This document shows positions 29,878 through 40,380 of a stretch of 64,000 nucleotides of DNA, in pieces (position 1 is the first letter of the stretch; every line of letters begins with the position of its first letter). The DNA comes from Dehalococcoidia bacterium. Its GTDB lineage: Bacteria > Chloroflexota > Dehalococcoidia > Bin125. Location of the stretch: NCBI GenBank assembly GCA_963663895.2, contig CAXXRD010000005.1, positions 128,001 through 192,000 of the forward strand, in the 5' to 3' direction. The translations under genes and the position numbers were made by a program. Under the pieces are notes generated by a model, which was not told the DNA's origin, did no database searches, and saw only the letters and a program-made list of their open reading frames with translations.

Positions 29878-29896
29878 GGCGCGCGTCAATCAGGCG

Positions 29897-31180
29897 TCAG
29901 TCGAACGCGTAGAGCACCGCGCCGGTTGGAAGCTTCGGCTTGAAATAGGTGCTCTTCTGCGGCATCCGTTCGCCGCTGCGCGCTGTCGCGAAGATCTGCT
30001 CGAGCGGCGGCGGATTGAGCAAAAAGGCACAGCGCGCTTCGCCGTTGCGTACGGCTCTGAAGGCAGGCTCTGCCTCATGCGCGTAGGTCACGGCGCGCCC
30101 CGAATGGAGTACGAGGTCGTCGATACCGAAGATCGGATCGAGCAGAATGGAATGGAGCACCGCCACGGCCAGCTTGCTCCAGGATGCGGGGAGGGACTTG
30201 GGCAGGAGGCTGAGCGTTGCGTCGGTAGCGACCAGCAGGTGGCAGCGGCCGGGGTCGAGACCGACCGATCCGAACGCGATTTCCTGAGGTGCGACCTCGG
30301 TCATGGCACGCAGCAGGCGCTCCGGGCCGTCGCTCAGCGGCCCGAGGTCGCGCACCTCGAAGCGCGCGCGTGTCTCGCGCAAGGCATCGCTGGATCCGTC
30401 GATGTGGAGCAGGCGGTGGGTCGGACCAACGATGAGACCGGGGTCGCCCGCGCGCACGAATCCCATGAGGACGAAGTTCTCCGGCTCCTCCCCGGTCCAG
30501 TCGGCGGCCTCTGCCGCGGCGCGGTCGCGGTCGGCGAGAGCGGACTCGTAGCGGTGATGCCCATCGGCCATATAAACGGGTTCGTGGGCGAGGGCGGCGC
30601 GCAGCGCCTCCACGGCGTCCGGTTGGTCGATGACGCGTAGCCGGTGGTAGTCGCCATTGGGATCGGAGCCCGTTGCGACGGGTTCCTCCTGTAGCGCTTG
30701 GTCGAAGAGTGATCCGAGTTGGCGATCACGATCTGGGACGACTGCCAGAAGCGGCGAGAGATCTGCGCGTGCGGCGCGCCGTAGCGCCGTGCGAGTTTTC
30801 TTGGGGGTCGCCATGGTCCACTCGTGAGGGAGGACTATGCCCTCTGTCCAGGGCAGGATGCGCGCGCGTGCGAAAAGACAGAGGCGTGAGCGCTCACGGC
30901 CCTCGTGAACGAAGCGCTGTTCGAGCAAGTAGTAGGCCGGACGCTGCTCGCGTTCGAGCACCCGAGCGGCGCGCCAGTGGCGCAGCGTCTCCGCCGCCTT
31001 TGCGATCCCCGCATTCGTGCTGGCGGTTTCGATATGCGTGATCTGGTAGGGACTGTGCGAGATCAGGTCACGCCGCTGAGCGTCGTCGACGACATCGTAA
31101 GGCGGCGCGAGGACCGATCCCCAGTCGCCGACCCGGGCGAGGTTGTAGCGCAGGCCGGTGAAGGGCTGGAGGTCGGCCAT
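29897..31180 (-). CDS. DUF1015 family protein
   Basis: PF.GLRY, PPYDV, PHEWT, ADGHHRYE, MPQKSTYFKPK; commonly found beside serA. Confidence 0.92.
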   Translation of the reverse strand: MADLQPFTGLRYNLARVGDWGSVLAPPYDVVDDAQRRDLISHSPYQITHIETASTNAGIAKAAETLRHWRAARVLEREQRPAYYLLEQRFVHEGRERSRLCLFARARILPWTEGIVLPHEWTMATPKKTRTALRRAARADLSPLLAVVPDRDRQLGSLFDQALQEEPVATGSDPNGDYHRLRVIDQPDAVEALRAALAHEPVYMADGHHRYESALADRDRAAAEAADWTGEEPENFVLMGFVRAGDPGLIVGPTHRLLHIDGSSDALRETRARFEVRDLGPLSDGPERLLRAMTEVAPQEIAFGSVGLDPGRCHLLVATDATLSLLPKSLPASWSKLAVAVLHSILLDPIFGIDDLVLHSGRAVTYAHEAEPAFRAVRNGEARCAFLLNPPPLEQIFATARSGERMPQKSTYFKPKLPTGAVLYAFD

Positions 31181-31187
31181 CGCTTGC

Positions 31188-31207
31188 ATGATAGAGCGCC
31201 GTAGACT
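31188..31207. promoter_or_regulatory. Back-to-back -10 elements for the divergent DUF1015 and HIT genes
   Basis: TATCAT on minus strand (31188-31193) 7 nt before ATG 31180; TAGACT on plus strand (31202-31207). Confidence 0.45.
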
Positions 31208-31259
31208 GATAAGGCCCGTAGGTGCGGGCCCGTGCTGTGACTGGCATTCCGGATGGACG

Positions 31260-31922
31260 ATGACGACTCACGCCAACTGCGTCTTCTGTGCGATCGTGGA
31301 AGGACGGGAGCCTGCCAAGATCCGTTATCAGGACGCCGACGTGGTCGTCTTCGATAACGTGCTCAACTGGACGCCCGTCATGATGCTGGCGGTGCCCAGA
31401 ATGCATCGAACCCAGAGCGAACTCTGGTCCGATCTCGGTCCGGTGGGGCGAGCTGCGCTGGCGATGGGGCAAGCGCACGCCCCCGATGGCTTTCGTTTAC
31501 TGTCCAATTTCGGCGCACCGGCCATGCAAAGCCAGTCCCACGGCCACATCCACATCTTGGACCGGACGGAGGCCCAGCTGGAGGCCCGGGGTCAGGACGG
31601 TCGTTCGATCGTCGATATCGTGCGCGCCGCCGGCGATCAGGAGCTGTCGCGGACCGGCCACGCGATTTTCTATGATGCGCGCCCGGTGATTCCGGAGGCG
31701 CCGGTCACGGTGCTGTCGGTGCCCACGGGCCCGGAGCAGCGCCAAGCCGAGTTCTGGCAAGACATCCGTGCGTTCGGGGCGGACGTGGTCGATGTGGGTT
31801 GGGAGCTCAGCGAGAAAGGCTTTCGCTTACTCTCAAACTTCCCCGGAGATGCCGTGCAGCCGGACGGCGAGAAGGCGCACGTCCACCTGTTGGGCGGCAC
31901 GTTTCTGGGCGAGTATGCCTGA
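31260..31922 (+). CDS. Tandem HIT-domain protein
   Basis: CVFC, GFRLLSNFG..AMQSQSHGHIHIL; second copy GFRLLSNF...KAHVHLLGG. Confidence 0.85.
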   Translation: MTTHANCVFCAIVEGREPAKIRYQDADVVVFDNVLNWTPVMMLAVPRMHRTQSELWSDLGPVGRAALAMGQAHAPDGFRLLSNFGAPAMQSQSHGHIHILDRTEAQLEARGQDGRSIVDIVRAAGDQELSRTGHAIFYDARPVIPEAPVTVLSVPTGPEQRQAEFWQDIRAFGADVVDVGWELSEKGFRLLSNFPGDAVQPDGEKAHVHLLGGTFLGEYA

Positions 31923-31937
31923 GCGGGGTGCGGCGCG

Positions 31938-32663
31938 CTAAGCGCTGCCCACCCTAGCAAGCGTCTCGAATTGAGCTTGGAAGAGCGTGTCGAGGCCCGC
32001 ATCGGCGATGTCGAGGATTGCGTTCATGGCGTCGCGCGAGAAGGCTCGGCCCTCTGCGGTGCCTTGGATCTCGACGTAGGCCCCAGCGCTCGTCTTGACG
32101 ATGTTGAAATCGACATCGGCCTGTGAGTCTTCTTCGTAAGCGAGATCAAGGCGGACTTCGCCATCGACCAGCCCCACACTGGTGGCTGCGACGGCATCGG
32201 TGAGAGGAACTGCGGCATAGAGGCCATCCGCGACGAGGCGCTGCATCGCCAGCGCCAGCGCGATGTAGCCTCCGGTGATGGCGGCCGTGCGCGTGCCGCC
32301 GTCGGCTTGGATGACGTCGCAGTCGACGGTGAAAGTCCGTTCGCCGAGCAGGTCAAGGTTGGCGACGGCGCGCAAGCTGCGGCCGATCAATCGCTGGATC
32401 TCGTGGGTGCGGCCGCCGATCCGGCCGGTCTCGCGCGGAGAGCGGGTGTTCGTGCTGCGCGGCAGCATGCCGTACTCGGCGGTGATCCAGCCCGCACCAC
32501 TGCCGCGCAGGAAGGGCGGCACTCGCTCCTCGACCGAGACGGCACAGAGTACACGTGTCAGGCCGAGGGCGATCATCGTCGAGCCCTCGGCGTGCACTTG
32601 GATACCGGTCTCGATCGTGAGGGGGCGCATGTCCCGCGGCTGTCGGCTGTCGGGTCGAGGCAT
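31938..32663 (-). CDS. rph: Ribonuclease PH
   Basis: [54 protein letters not shown]. Confidence 0.97.
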   Translation of the reverse strand: MPRPDSRQPRDMRPLTIETGIQVHAEGSTMIALGLTRVLCAVSVEERVPPFLRGSGAGWITAEYGMLPRSTNTRSPRETGRIGGRTHEIQRLIGRSLRAVANLDLLGERTFTVDCDVIQADGGTRTAAITGGYIALALAMQRLVADGLYAAVPLTDAVAATSVGLVDGEVRLDLAYEEDSQADVDFNIVKTSAGAYVEIQGTAEGRAFSRDAMNAILDIADAGLDTLFQAQFETLARVGSA

Positions 32664-32669
32664 AGCGGG

Positions 32670-32675
32670 AGTCTA
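32670..32675 (-). promoter_or_regulatory. Putative -10 box giving a leaderless rph mRNA
   Basis: TAGACT 6 nt upstream of ATG; no SD. Confidence 0.45.
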
Positions 32676-32715
32676 GCCGGGCCTGCCTCCGGCGTCCCGC
32701 ATGGTGGCGGTGCGG

Positions 32716-35153
32716 CTAGGGCGGTAGGCGGTCACTGCTGATGCGCAAGGTGGCGGCGTCTGATCGAAACGTGATTGTGCCGTGCTCGTCGGTGCGGAGC
32801 ACGGTCACGTCTGTGAGGCGTTGGAGGACGCTCTCGCCTGGATGGCCGTAGGGGTTGTCCGATCCGGCGCTGATGACCGCGATGGCCGGTTGTACTCGGC
32901 GAAGCAGCAGGTCCGTGGTGGAGCTGTCGCTGCCATGATGCGGGACCTTGAGCACCATGGCGGCAAGGTCACCGGGCGCACTCGCCAGGCGCAGCTCCGC
33001 TGGCGCCTCGATATCGGCGGTGAAGAGAAAGCGGACATCGCCGTGCGCAAGCCGCAAGACGAGGCTGGCGTTGTTGATGCCAGCGCTCGTGATCGTGGTC
33101 GCCGTGCCGTCGACAACGGGTGATGGGGGCGCGAGCACGTCGAGTGTGCTTTCGTCCGAAAGGCGAAGCTGCATTCCTGCCCAGAGCGTTTCCACGGCGA
33201 CCCCGCGCTCGATCGCCGCGGCAACTAGCCGGCGGCCCGGTTCCGTGAGTTTCTGCGCGGGAGCTACGTAGAGCACGTCGACGTGGTAGCGCTCCATCAC
33301 GCCGAAGAGGCCATTGACGTGATCTGCTTGGGGGTGCGTCGCCACGATCGCTTCGATCGAGCGTTCGCCCAAGGGCAGTACGTCGGCGAGGCGTTGGATG
33401 ATGATCCGCTCGTCGGGTCCTCCGTCAATCAGTACGGTGGCTCCACGCGGATCGCGAATAAGCGTTGCGTCTCCCTGGCCGACGTCGAGAGCGTGAACGA
33501 GGAGATCGTCATCGTTTTCTTCGGTGACCGTGGACCAGACGACAATATTGATTGCGATCAGGACGCCGGCAGCGAGCCAGGCGACCGGCGCTTTCATGGA
33601 CGGCAGAGTCCACTGGTTCGGTCGGCGGCGGCGGCAGATCCAAGCAGCAAGCGCGATCAAGACGCCGTAGATTACGAAGGTGTGCCAAAGACCGAATCCC
33701 TCGATCTGGAGCGCGGCGAACGGCAGATCGGCGAGTCTCTGCGCGACTTCGACGAACCAAGAGAGTGGCAGCCAGGCGATCATCCAGCCGACGCTGCTGC
33801 CGAGCGTGGCGGAGATCGTGCCGGCGATGCCGGTAGCAAGACTGCCGAGGAAGAGGAGGGGAAGGTTGGCGCGACCAGGAGGTTGGCGGGCACCGCGACG
33901 AGGGAGAGGCGTTCGAAGTGGAGGGCAATAAGCGGCAACGTGGCGGCCGTCGCGACGACGGTGATCACGGCAGTTTCGACCACTATTCGGATCAGAGTCG
34001 CGCCCCCCTTGCCTGACTCCGGTCTAGCACCGAGTTGCGCCGTGATGCGTTCACGTAGCGGCGTCGCCAGGAGGGCGAGCGCCGACGTGGCGGCGAAAGA
34101 GAGTTGGAAGGAAAGATTGGTGATCAGCGAGGGCGCAGCCGCCACCATGACCGCAGCGGCGAAAGTGACTGCGGGCACGGCGCTGCTGCTTCGACCCGAG
34201 ATGCTGGCGCCGAGGAAAAGCGAGGTCATGATTGCGGCGCGGATGACGGGGGGATCCGCGCCGACGAACACAGCGTAGGCACCCATCAGGACGATGGCGA
34301 TGACGACTGCCCATCTGCGGCCGATCGCCCAAGCGATGGCGCCGACGAGCAGGGTCGCCAAGATGATGACATTGCTGCCCGAGATGACGACGAGGTGCGA
34401 AAGACTGGTGTCGTTGAGGTCCGTGCGGAACTCTGACTCCAACGTGCCGCGTCGTCCTGTCGCGATGCCTTGGGCGAGTCCGGCCAGCGGCTCATCGAGC
34501 GCATGCGCCAGCGCGCGGTCAACGTCCAGCCGGGCCTCGCCGAGGGCGGCACGCAGAGGATCGCCGTGGCCATGTGCAAGGACCTCGACGCTGGAGGCGG
34601 TACCGGTCGCGCTAATGCCCCGCTCGGACAAGAGGTCTCGCAGCATCCGAGGAGCGGCTGGCAACGGGTGCAGTGTAGTGGTCAGCCGTAGCCGGTCGCC
34701 GTAGGCGTACGCTGGGCCGAGCGGGGCGCGGATGAGCACCGTCCCGTCTGCATCGATCTGCTCGGTGCCGATCGTCAGCGTCTCGACATTGAGGCGAAGA
34801 CGTTGGTCGGTTCCACGCCGCTCGATGTCCCCGACGATGGCGCCCGTAACCTCAACGCGCTCACCGGAGATGGATGCGACGCTTCCGAACGTGGGCGGTC
34901 CGTCGTCAGCGCGCGCGAGACCGACCGCGAAGGCCAGCGGGATGAGAATCGCCAAGACGAATGCTGTCCGCTTGCGGCGCCAGGTGAGAGGGCTGCTGGC
35001 CACGGCGACGGCCGCGAGCGCCGCGAGTTCGATAGCGTCGCTGTCGAAGCCGGTTGCGGTGGCGACGCCTGCGACGAAGGCGAGGCAAACCGCCAACAGT
35101 GGTAGCGCGAGAAGGTAGCGAGTCAGGTACGAGCCCGGGCCGTGGGTGATCAC
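32716..35153 (-). pseudogene. comEC: DNA uptake protein ComEC/Rec2, split by a 1-nt frameshift near 33860 (real or sequencing error)
   Basis: 5' part: SHLVVISGSN, RAAIM, SFQLSF; 3' part: metallo-beta-lactamase LDVGQGDA, THPQADH, KVPHHGS, NPYGHP; one extra C in the C4 run restores a single frame. Confidence 0.9.
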
Positions 35154-35695
35154 GGGGATACGCCTACCAATGGCCGCAGTGTCTCGGCGGTGCTGCGGGG
35201 CAGCAGGCCCCGATCCACCACATCCTGCAGCGACGCAAAGGGCTCGTCATGGCGTGCGTCGATGAGGGCTTTCGCGCGCTTCGCGCCGATGCCCGGTAGC
35301 GCCATGAGCTCGGCAAGGGAGGCTCGGTTGAGGTCGACGCGGTGGGCGATGCGCTGTGGAGCAGAAGGGGCGCCGTCTGCATCGACAGCGAGAAAAACGT
35401 GGACGCCATCGAAGAGCTGCATCTTGGGGTCAATGTCGCCGCGGGCGGAGTCGAGTGGCCCGCCCGCAGCCAAAATGGCGTCTCCCAAAGTCGCTGCGGC
35501 GCTGAGTTCGTACTCGCCGGGCCGCGCGACGGCCCCGTCCACTCGGATCCGGATGGGGAGCTCTTCTGGCGAGAGATGCTGCGGTGGCTGCGGCACGCTC
35601 CCGGAATCGGCGGCGAGAACGGCCAATCCGGCGACCAGCAGCAAGAACAAAGTGGCGGCGGGCCACCAGACAGGTTGCCTTAGGAGTGCGCGCAA
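35150..35695 (-). CDS. comEA: Competence DNA-binding protein ComEA
   Basis: N-terminal TM, SLBB (VDGAVARPGEY), HhH (VDLNRAS..ELMALPGIG.KRA); overlaps comEC start. Confidence 0.9.
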   Translation of the reverse strand: MRALLRQPVWWPAATLFLLLVAGLAVLAADSGSVPQPPQHLSPEELPIRIRVDGAVARPGEYELSAAATLGDAILAAGGPLDSARGDIDPKMQLFDGVHVFLAVDADGAPSAPQRIAHRVDLNRASLAELMALPGIGAKRAKALIDARHDEPFASLQDVVDRGLLPRSTAETLRPLVGVSP

Positions 35696-35782
35696 GAAGT
35701 GAGCGCCCCCATCGTTGGTCTCGTGCTCTCGCCCGGCGGGATCGCATCGCGTCGGGTGCGCCGCAGGCTAACTGCTATCGAC

Positions 35783-35791
35783 TGCTATAGT
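35783..35791 (+). promoter_or_regulatory. Putative extended -10 promoter of argF
   Basis: TGcTATAGT upstream of GGAGG RBS. Confidence 0.4.
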
Positions 35792-35818
35792 AGGCGCCCT
35801 TCGCGGAGGTTGGTGTCG

Positions 35819-36739
35819 ATGTGGCCCCGTTCGTTGCTGGCGATCGCCGATCTACCGCCTGCCGATATCGAGCTGTTGTTGGATAGAGCGCAGGCTCAGA
35901 AGGCCGATCCGGGCGGTCCGCATGGGCGAGCCTGCGCCGGGCGATCGCTGGCGCTGCTGTTCGAGAAACCTTCGCTGCGGACGCGGGTCTCCTTCGAGCT
36001 GGCCATGCAGCGGTTGGGTGGTACAGCGCTCTATCTGTCCCCGGCGGAGGTGGGGCTGGGCAAGCGCGAGCCCGTCAAAGACGTGGCGCGCGTGCTCGGC
36101 GGCTACTGCGACGCCATCGCCTGCCGCACCTTCAGCCAGGAAGTGCTGGTCGAGCTTGCGGATTGGTCCGGCGTGCCGGTGATCAACGCCCTATCCGATT
36201 GGGAGCATCCCTGCCAGGCGCTGGCGGATCTGCTCACCGTTCGGGAGCAGTTGGGAGGGACACAAGGGCACACGCTGGCCTACGTCGGAGATGGCAACAA
36301 CGTGGCGCGTTCCCTGGCGCTTGGGGCAGCCTCCGTGGGAATGCATGTGCGCCTGGCGTCTCCGCCGGCGTTCGCGCTGGACGAGGCCAGCGCGGTGGCG
36401 GCGGCGAGTCGCGGAAAGGCGTCGGGCGGCAGCGTCCGGCTCCTGGAAGACCCTCGGGAAGCGGTTGCCGGGGCCGACGTCGTCTACACGGATGTTTGGA
36501 CGAGCATGGGGCAGGAGGACGAAGCCGCCGCGCGGCGGCGCGCGTTCTTCGGCTACCAGGTCTCACAGGAGTTGCTGGCGCTTGCCCGTCCCGGAGCGAT
36601 CGTCATGCACGACCTTCCCGCCCATCGCGGGGAGGAGATCACGGACGCAGCGATCGAGAGCGAGCAATCGGTGGTGTTCGCGCAGGCCGAGAACCGGTTG
36701 CACGCCCAGCAAGCGGTGTTGTGGCAGCTGCTGGGCTAG
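35819..36739 (+). CDS. argF: Ornithine carbamoyltransferase
   Basis: FEKPSLRTRVSF, HPCQALAD, GDGNNVA, YTDVWTSMG, HDLP, AENR. Confidence 0.95.
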   Translation: MWPRSLLAIADLPPADIELLLDRAQAQKADPGGPHGRACAGRSLALLFEKPSLRTRVSFELAMQRLGGTALYLSPAEVGLGKREPVKDVARVLGGYCDAIACRTFSQEVLVELADWSGVPVINALSDWEHPCQALADLLTVREQLGGTQGHTLAYVGDGNNVARSLALGAASVGMHVRLASPPAFALDEASAVAAASRGKASGGSVRLLEDPREAVAGADVVYTDVWTSMGQEDEAAARRRAFFGYQVSQELLALARPGAIVMHDLPAHRGEEITDAAIESEQSVVFAQAENRLHAQQAVLWQLLG

Positions 36740-36881
36740 GATTGACGGCCGCCCGTGGGCGATGCAGGCCCGATGCGTGGGCCGTACGAGCGAGAATGTC
36801 GTTGCCAGGGGCCGGGACGTCCCTAGTGCGGCGTCAGGTGCGCGCGATGAGTAAAGCGTCGGCCGGACTCGCGGAACGCCC

Positions 36882-37712
36882 ATGAACGACGATCTATTCG
36901 ACGCTATTACGGACGTGTTTTCCGGCTTCGGCTGGCCGGCGGTGTTTGAGGTCGCGATCTTGGCCTTCGTGATCTTTGCGTTGCTGCGCTTGGTGCGTGG
37001 TACAAGCGCGATGCCGGTGGTGCGCGGCATCGGCATCGTGGTGGTGGCGATCGTGCTGGTGAGCCGCGTGTTCGACCTCGCCGTGCTGAGCTGGTTGGTC
37101 AATAACGCCCTCGCCGTACTGGCCTTGTTCGTGCTGATCGTGTTCCAACCGGAGTTCCGCCGTGCCCTGGAGCGCGTGGGGAGGACGGGAGTGCGCTCGC
37201 TCGTCGGCGTGAGACGGGACGGCTACGACCCACTGATCGACGCTGTGAGCGTGGCGGCTGGTGAGCTGTCGGCGCAGCGCGCGGGAGCGTTGATGGTGAT
37301 CGAGCGGGAGACGGGATTGCAAGAGATCGCCGATACGGGGACGCCCGTCGATGCGCTCCCGACGCCCGCGCTGTTGGAGGGGATCTTCTACCCGAATTCG
37401 CCGCTGCACGATGGGGCTGTACTGCTGCGGCCGGAGCGGGTCGTTGCAGCCGCTTGCACGCTGCCCGTATCGCCGCAGCGGACGGTCCGTGGCGCGCATG
37501 TGGGACTGCGACATCGGGCGGCGCTGGGGATCAGCGAACAGACCGACGCCATCGCGGTCGTGGTGTCCGAGGAGACGGGCGCGATCTCGGTCACGATGGG
37601 CGGACGGCTTGTGCAGCGGCTCAACGAGCAGCGGTTGCGCACGCTGCTTGGCACCCTCACGAGCGGTGCCTGGCGCGAGTTCCGGCTACGTACGTCGCGG
37701 ACGGAGGCCTGA
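36882..37712 (+). CDS. cdaA: Diadenylate cyclase CdaA
   Basis: Three TM helices, FQPEFRRALE, PLHDGA, GLRHRAA, VSEETG. Confidence 0.95.
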   Translation: MNDDLFDAITDVFSGFGWPAVFEVAILAFVIFALLRLVRGTSAMPVVRGIGIVVVAIVLVSRVFDLAVLSWLVNNALAVLALFVLIVFQPEFRRALERVGRTGVRSLVGVRRDGYDPLIDAVSVAAGELSAQRAGALMVIERETGLQEIADTGTPVDALPTPALLEGIFYPNSPLHDGAVLLRPERVVAAACTLPVSPQRTVRGAHVGLRHRAALGISEQTDAIAVVVSEETGAISVTMGGRLVQRLNEQRLRTLLGTLTSGAWREFRLRTSRTEA

Positions 37713-37713
37713 G

Positions 37714-39012
37714 ATACTGCGGGGTTGGCGACGATCGCGCCGGCGCGGGCGGAGTCTGGCGAGCAACCTCATCCTCGCCGCGGTCTCCGTGATTCTTGCG
37801 CTCGTGATCTGGTTTTTGGTGACTGACTCTGAACTGGAGACGGTAGAGGAACGGCTGGGATTCGGGTTGGCAGTTGAGGCGGTCAACACGCCGAACGGCC
37901 TCGCACCGGCCAACCGGCTGCCCACGGCCTCCATCAATATCGCGGGCAGCGAGTCGAGTGTGCAGGCGGTGATCGCGGATGACTTCGTCGCGACCGTGGA
38001 CTTGGCGGGACTCGAAGCGGGATCGCACAACATACCGGTGCGTGTACGGTCCTTGGCGGACGAGGTACGGGTCCGCTCGGTCACGCCGGAATCCGTGGAG
38101 GTGATCCTGGAGCCGGTGGAGCAGCGCTCGCTCCCGGTGACCGTAGTGCACGCGAACCCCCCGCCATTGGGATTCGAGGTCGGAGAACCGGAGTTGTCGG
38201 CGACAGCAGTGATGGTGAGCGGTATCCGGCAGCTTGTGGACCTTGTGGATGTCGTGGTGGCCGCGGTTGATCTTGGAGGAGCGACCGTTGCGATCGAGGT
38301 GACTGCGATCCTCCAAGCTCGCACGGCCACCGGCGCCGCGGTCAGTGGTGTGCAGATTGTCCCGGCGACGGTCGATGTGCGGGTGCCCGTGGAGCAGGTG
38401 ACGTTCCGCAGTTCTGTGGCGGTGGAACCCCAACTGACCGGGCGTCCCCGCACCGGTTTTCGGGTGGCTGGCGTGGGAGTGGAGCCGCTCAATGTGGTCG
38501 TCGTCGGGACGCTCGATGCACTGGGGGGTGTTGAAACGGTGATGACAGTGCCGATCTCCGTCGCCGCGCATGAGGCGGATTTCAGGACGGACGTGGGGTT
38601 GGTGCTCCCTGCCGGGCTGGCGCTTGAAACCGAGACGACCGTTTCTGTTCGGGTAGCGATCGAACCGATCCATACCGAAACAGCTTTCCTTCTGCTGGTG
38701 GAGGCGGTGGGGCTCGGCGACGGCTTGGTTGCGGATGTGCGCCCGCTCCTGGTTACCCTGACGCTCGAAGGACCGTCTGCGGCGATCGCCGAAATCGTGG
38801 AAGGGAGAGGCACTGCGATCGTTGATTTGACTGACTTGACGCCGGGCCTTTATCCGCTACCCGTGGAGTTCGATGCGATGCCCGGCGTGGCCGTGACGCT
38901 GCGCCCCGAGGAGGTGGTGGTGGTGATCGAGGAGGAAGAGGAAGAGGAAGAGGCGGCGGCGGAAGAAGACGAAGACGAGGACGAGGAAACGGACGAGGAA
39001 GCGTCGGAGTGA
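37714..39012 (+). CDS. cdaR: CdaR (YbbR-repeat) regulator with acidic C-terminal tail
   Basis: Single N-terminal TM, four YbbR-like repeats (VDLAGL..G...PV, P..V.V), directly after cdaA; start inferred at ATA 37714. Confidence 0.85.
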   Translation: MLRGWRRSRRRGRSLASNLILAAVSVILALVIWFLVTDSELETVEERLGFGLAVEAVNTPNGLAPANRLPTASINIAGSESSVQAVIADDFVATVDLAGLEAGSHNIPVRVRSLADEVRVRSVTPESVEVILEPVEQRSLPVTVVHANPPPLGFEVGEPELSATAVMVSGIRQLVDLVDVVVAAVDLGGATVAIEVTAILQARTATGAAVSGVQIVPATVDVRVPVEQVTFRSSVAVEPQLTGRPRTGFRVAGVGVEPLNVVVVGTLDALGGVETVMTVPISVAAHEADFRTDVGLVLPAGLALETETTVSVRVAIEPIHTETAFLLLVEAVGLGDGLVADVRPLLVTLTLEGPSAAIAEIVEGRGTAIVDLTDLTPGLYPLPVEFDAMPGVAVTLRPEEVVVVIEEEEEEEEAAAEEDEDEDEETDEEASE

Positions 39013-40361
39013 CCACTAAGACCGGAATCCACACCCAACTCCCGCTCGTCGCGATCGTTGGGCGGCCCAACGTCGGGAAGTCGGCGCTGTTTAACAGGAT
39101 CGTTGGGAGACGCAAGGCGATCGTGGAAAACGAGCCGGGAACGACGCGGGACCGGAACTACGATGACGCCGATTGGTGCGGGCGCGCGTTCCGCGTGGTC
39201 GATACCGGGGGATTGCTGGGTGAGGCGGTGTCGGGGCCGTACGCTACCCCGATCAGTGAACAGGTGGGCTACGCGCTCTCTGAGGCGGACGCAATTTGCT
39301 TCGTGGTCGATGTCCGCGATGGGCTGTTGCCGCTCGACATGGACGTGGCGGCTTTGCTGCGGGAGGCGTCGCAGCCGGTGTTCTTGGTCGGTAACAAGAG
39401 CGACAGCGCCGGGATGGAGGCCGCTGCGGCCGAGTTCTACGCGATCGGGCTCGGCGAGCCGCTGACCGTGAGCGCTCTCCACGGCCGCGGTGTGGGCGAG
39501 CTGTTGGATCGAATGGTTGCTGGTCTGCCCGAGGGCTCGCCGCCGCCGCCGCCGACCTGCAGGCTGGCGATCGTGGGCCGGCCGAACGTGGGGAAATCGT
39601 CGATTGTGAATGCAATCCTTGATGCGGATCGGATGATCGTCAGTTCGACGCCCGGCACCACGCGGGACGCGGTCGATACGGAGATGGCGTTCGAGGGTAA
39701 GCGGTACCTGTTGGTGGATACGGCGGGCGTGCGCAAGCGTGGGAAGGTCGAGCCGGGCGTGGAGCGCGCGTCCGTCGTTCGGGCGCGCCGGGCGATCGAG
39801 CGCGCCGACGTTGCGGTGGTCGTCATGGACGCGGCCGAAGATATCGCCGCGCAAGACCAACACATCGTGGGCATGGCGCTTGAGACACATAGAGGTGTCG
39901 TTCTCGCGTTGAACAAGAGCGACCTGATCGCGGGTGATGTGGAGGCGATCGCGCGCCGGGAACGCCAACTGCGCTGGCGCGCCCGCTTCATGCCCTGGGC
40001 CCCGGCGATTTGGATATCGGCCCTGCAAGGGAGCAACCTGGATCTCCTACTGCGTACGGCGACGACGGTGGCCGAGGAGCGCCGCCGCCGCGTTCCAACT
40101 GGGGAGCTGAACGCAGTGGTCAGGCAGGCGATGCGTGAGCATCCGCCTGGCGCCGTGCACGGACGGGCCGTGAAGCTCTTCTATGTGGCGCAGACGGACG
40201 TCGAGCCGCCGACCTTCCAGTTCTTTGTCAATTACCCTGATGGCGTGCATTTTTCATACCAGCGCTTTCTCGAGCGACAGATCCGCGACGCCTTCGGATT
40301 CGAGGGTGCCGCGATACGCATGGTGCTGCGCGGGCGCGACGGGCACGAAGCGGATCGTTGA
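39009..40361 (+). CDS. der: Ribosome biogenesis GTPase Der (EngA)
   Basis: Two GRPNVGKS / GTTRD / DTxG / NKxD domains and C-terminal KH-like domain. Confidence 0.97.
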   Translation: MTTKTGIHTQLPLVAIVGRPNVGKSALFNRIVGRRKAIVENEPGTTRDRNYDDADWCGRAFRVVDTGGLLGEAVSGPYATPISEQVGYALSEADAICFVVDVRDGLLPLDMDVAALLREASQPVFLVGNKSDSAGMEAAAAEFYAIGLGEPLTVSALHGRGVGELLDRMVAGLPEGSPPPPPTCRLAIVGRPNVGKSSIVNAILDADRMIVSSTPGTTRDAVDTEMAFEGKRYLLVDTAGVRKRGKVEPGVERASVVRARRAIERADVAVVVMDAAEDIAAQDQHIVGMALETHRGVVLALNKSDLIAGDVEAIARRERQLRWRARFMPWAPAIWISALQGSNLDLLLRTATTVAEERRRRVPTGELNAVVRQAMREHPPGAVHGRAVKLFYVAQTDVEPPTFQFFVNYPDGVHFSYQRFLERQIRDAFGFEGAAIRMVLRGRDGHEADR

Positions 40362-40380
40362 ATGCGGTTTCCAGTAGACC

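Noticed and set aside
37351-37713. Long N-terminal extension of cdaR in the ORF track
   Set aside because: Overlaps cdaA out of frame and is not protein-like; the real start is near 37714
38925-39010. GAG/GAA/GAC-rich low-complexity tract as a DNA repeat element
   Set aside because: Simply encodes the acidic CdaR tail
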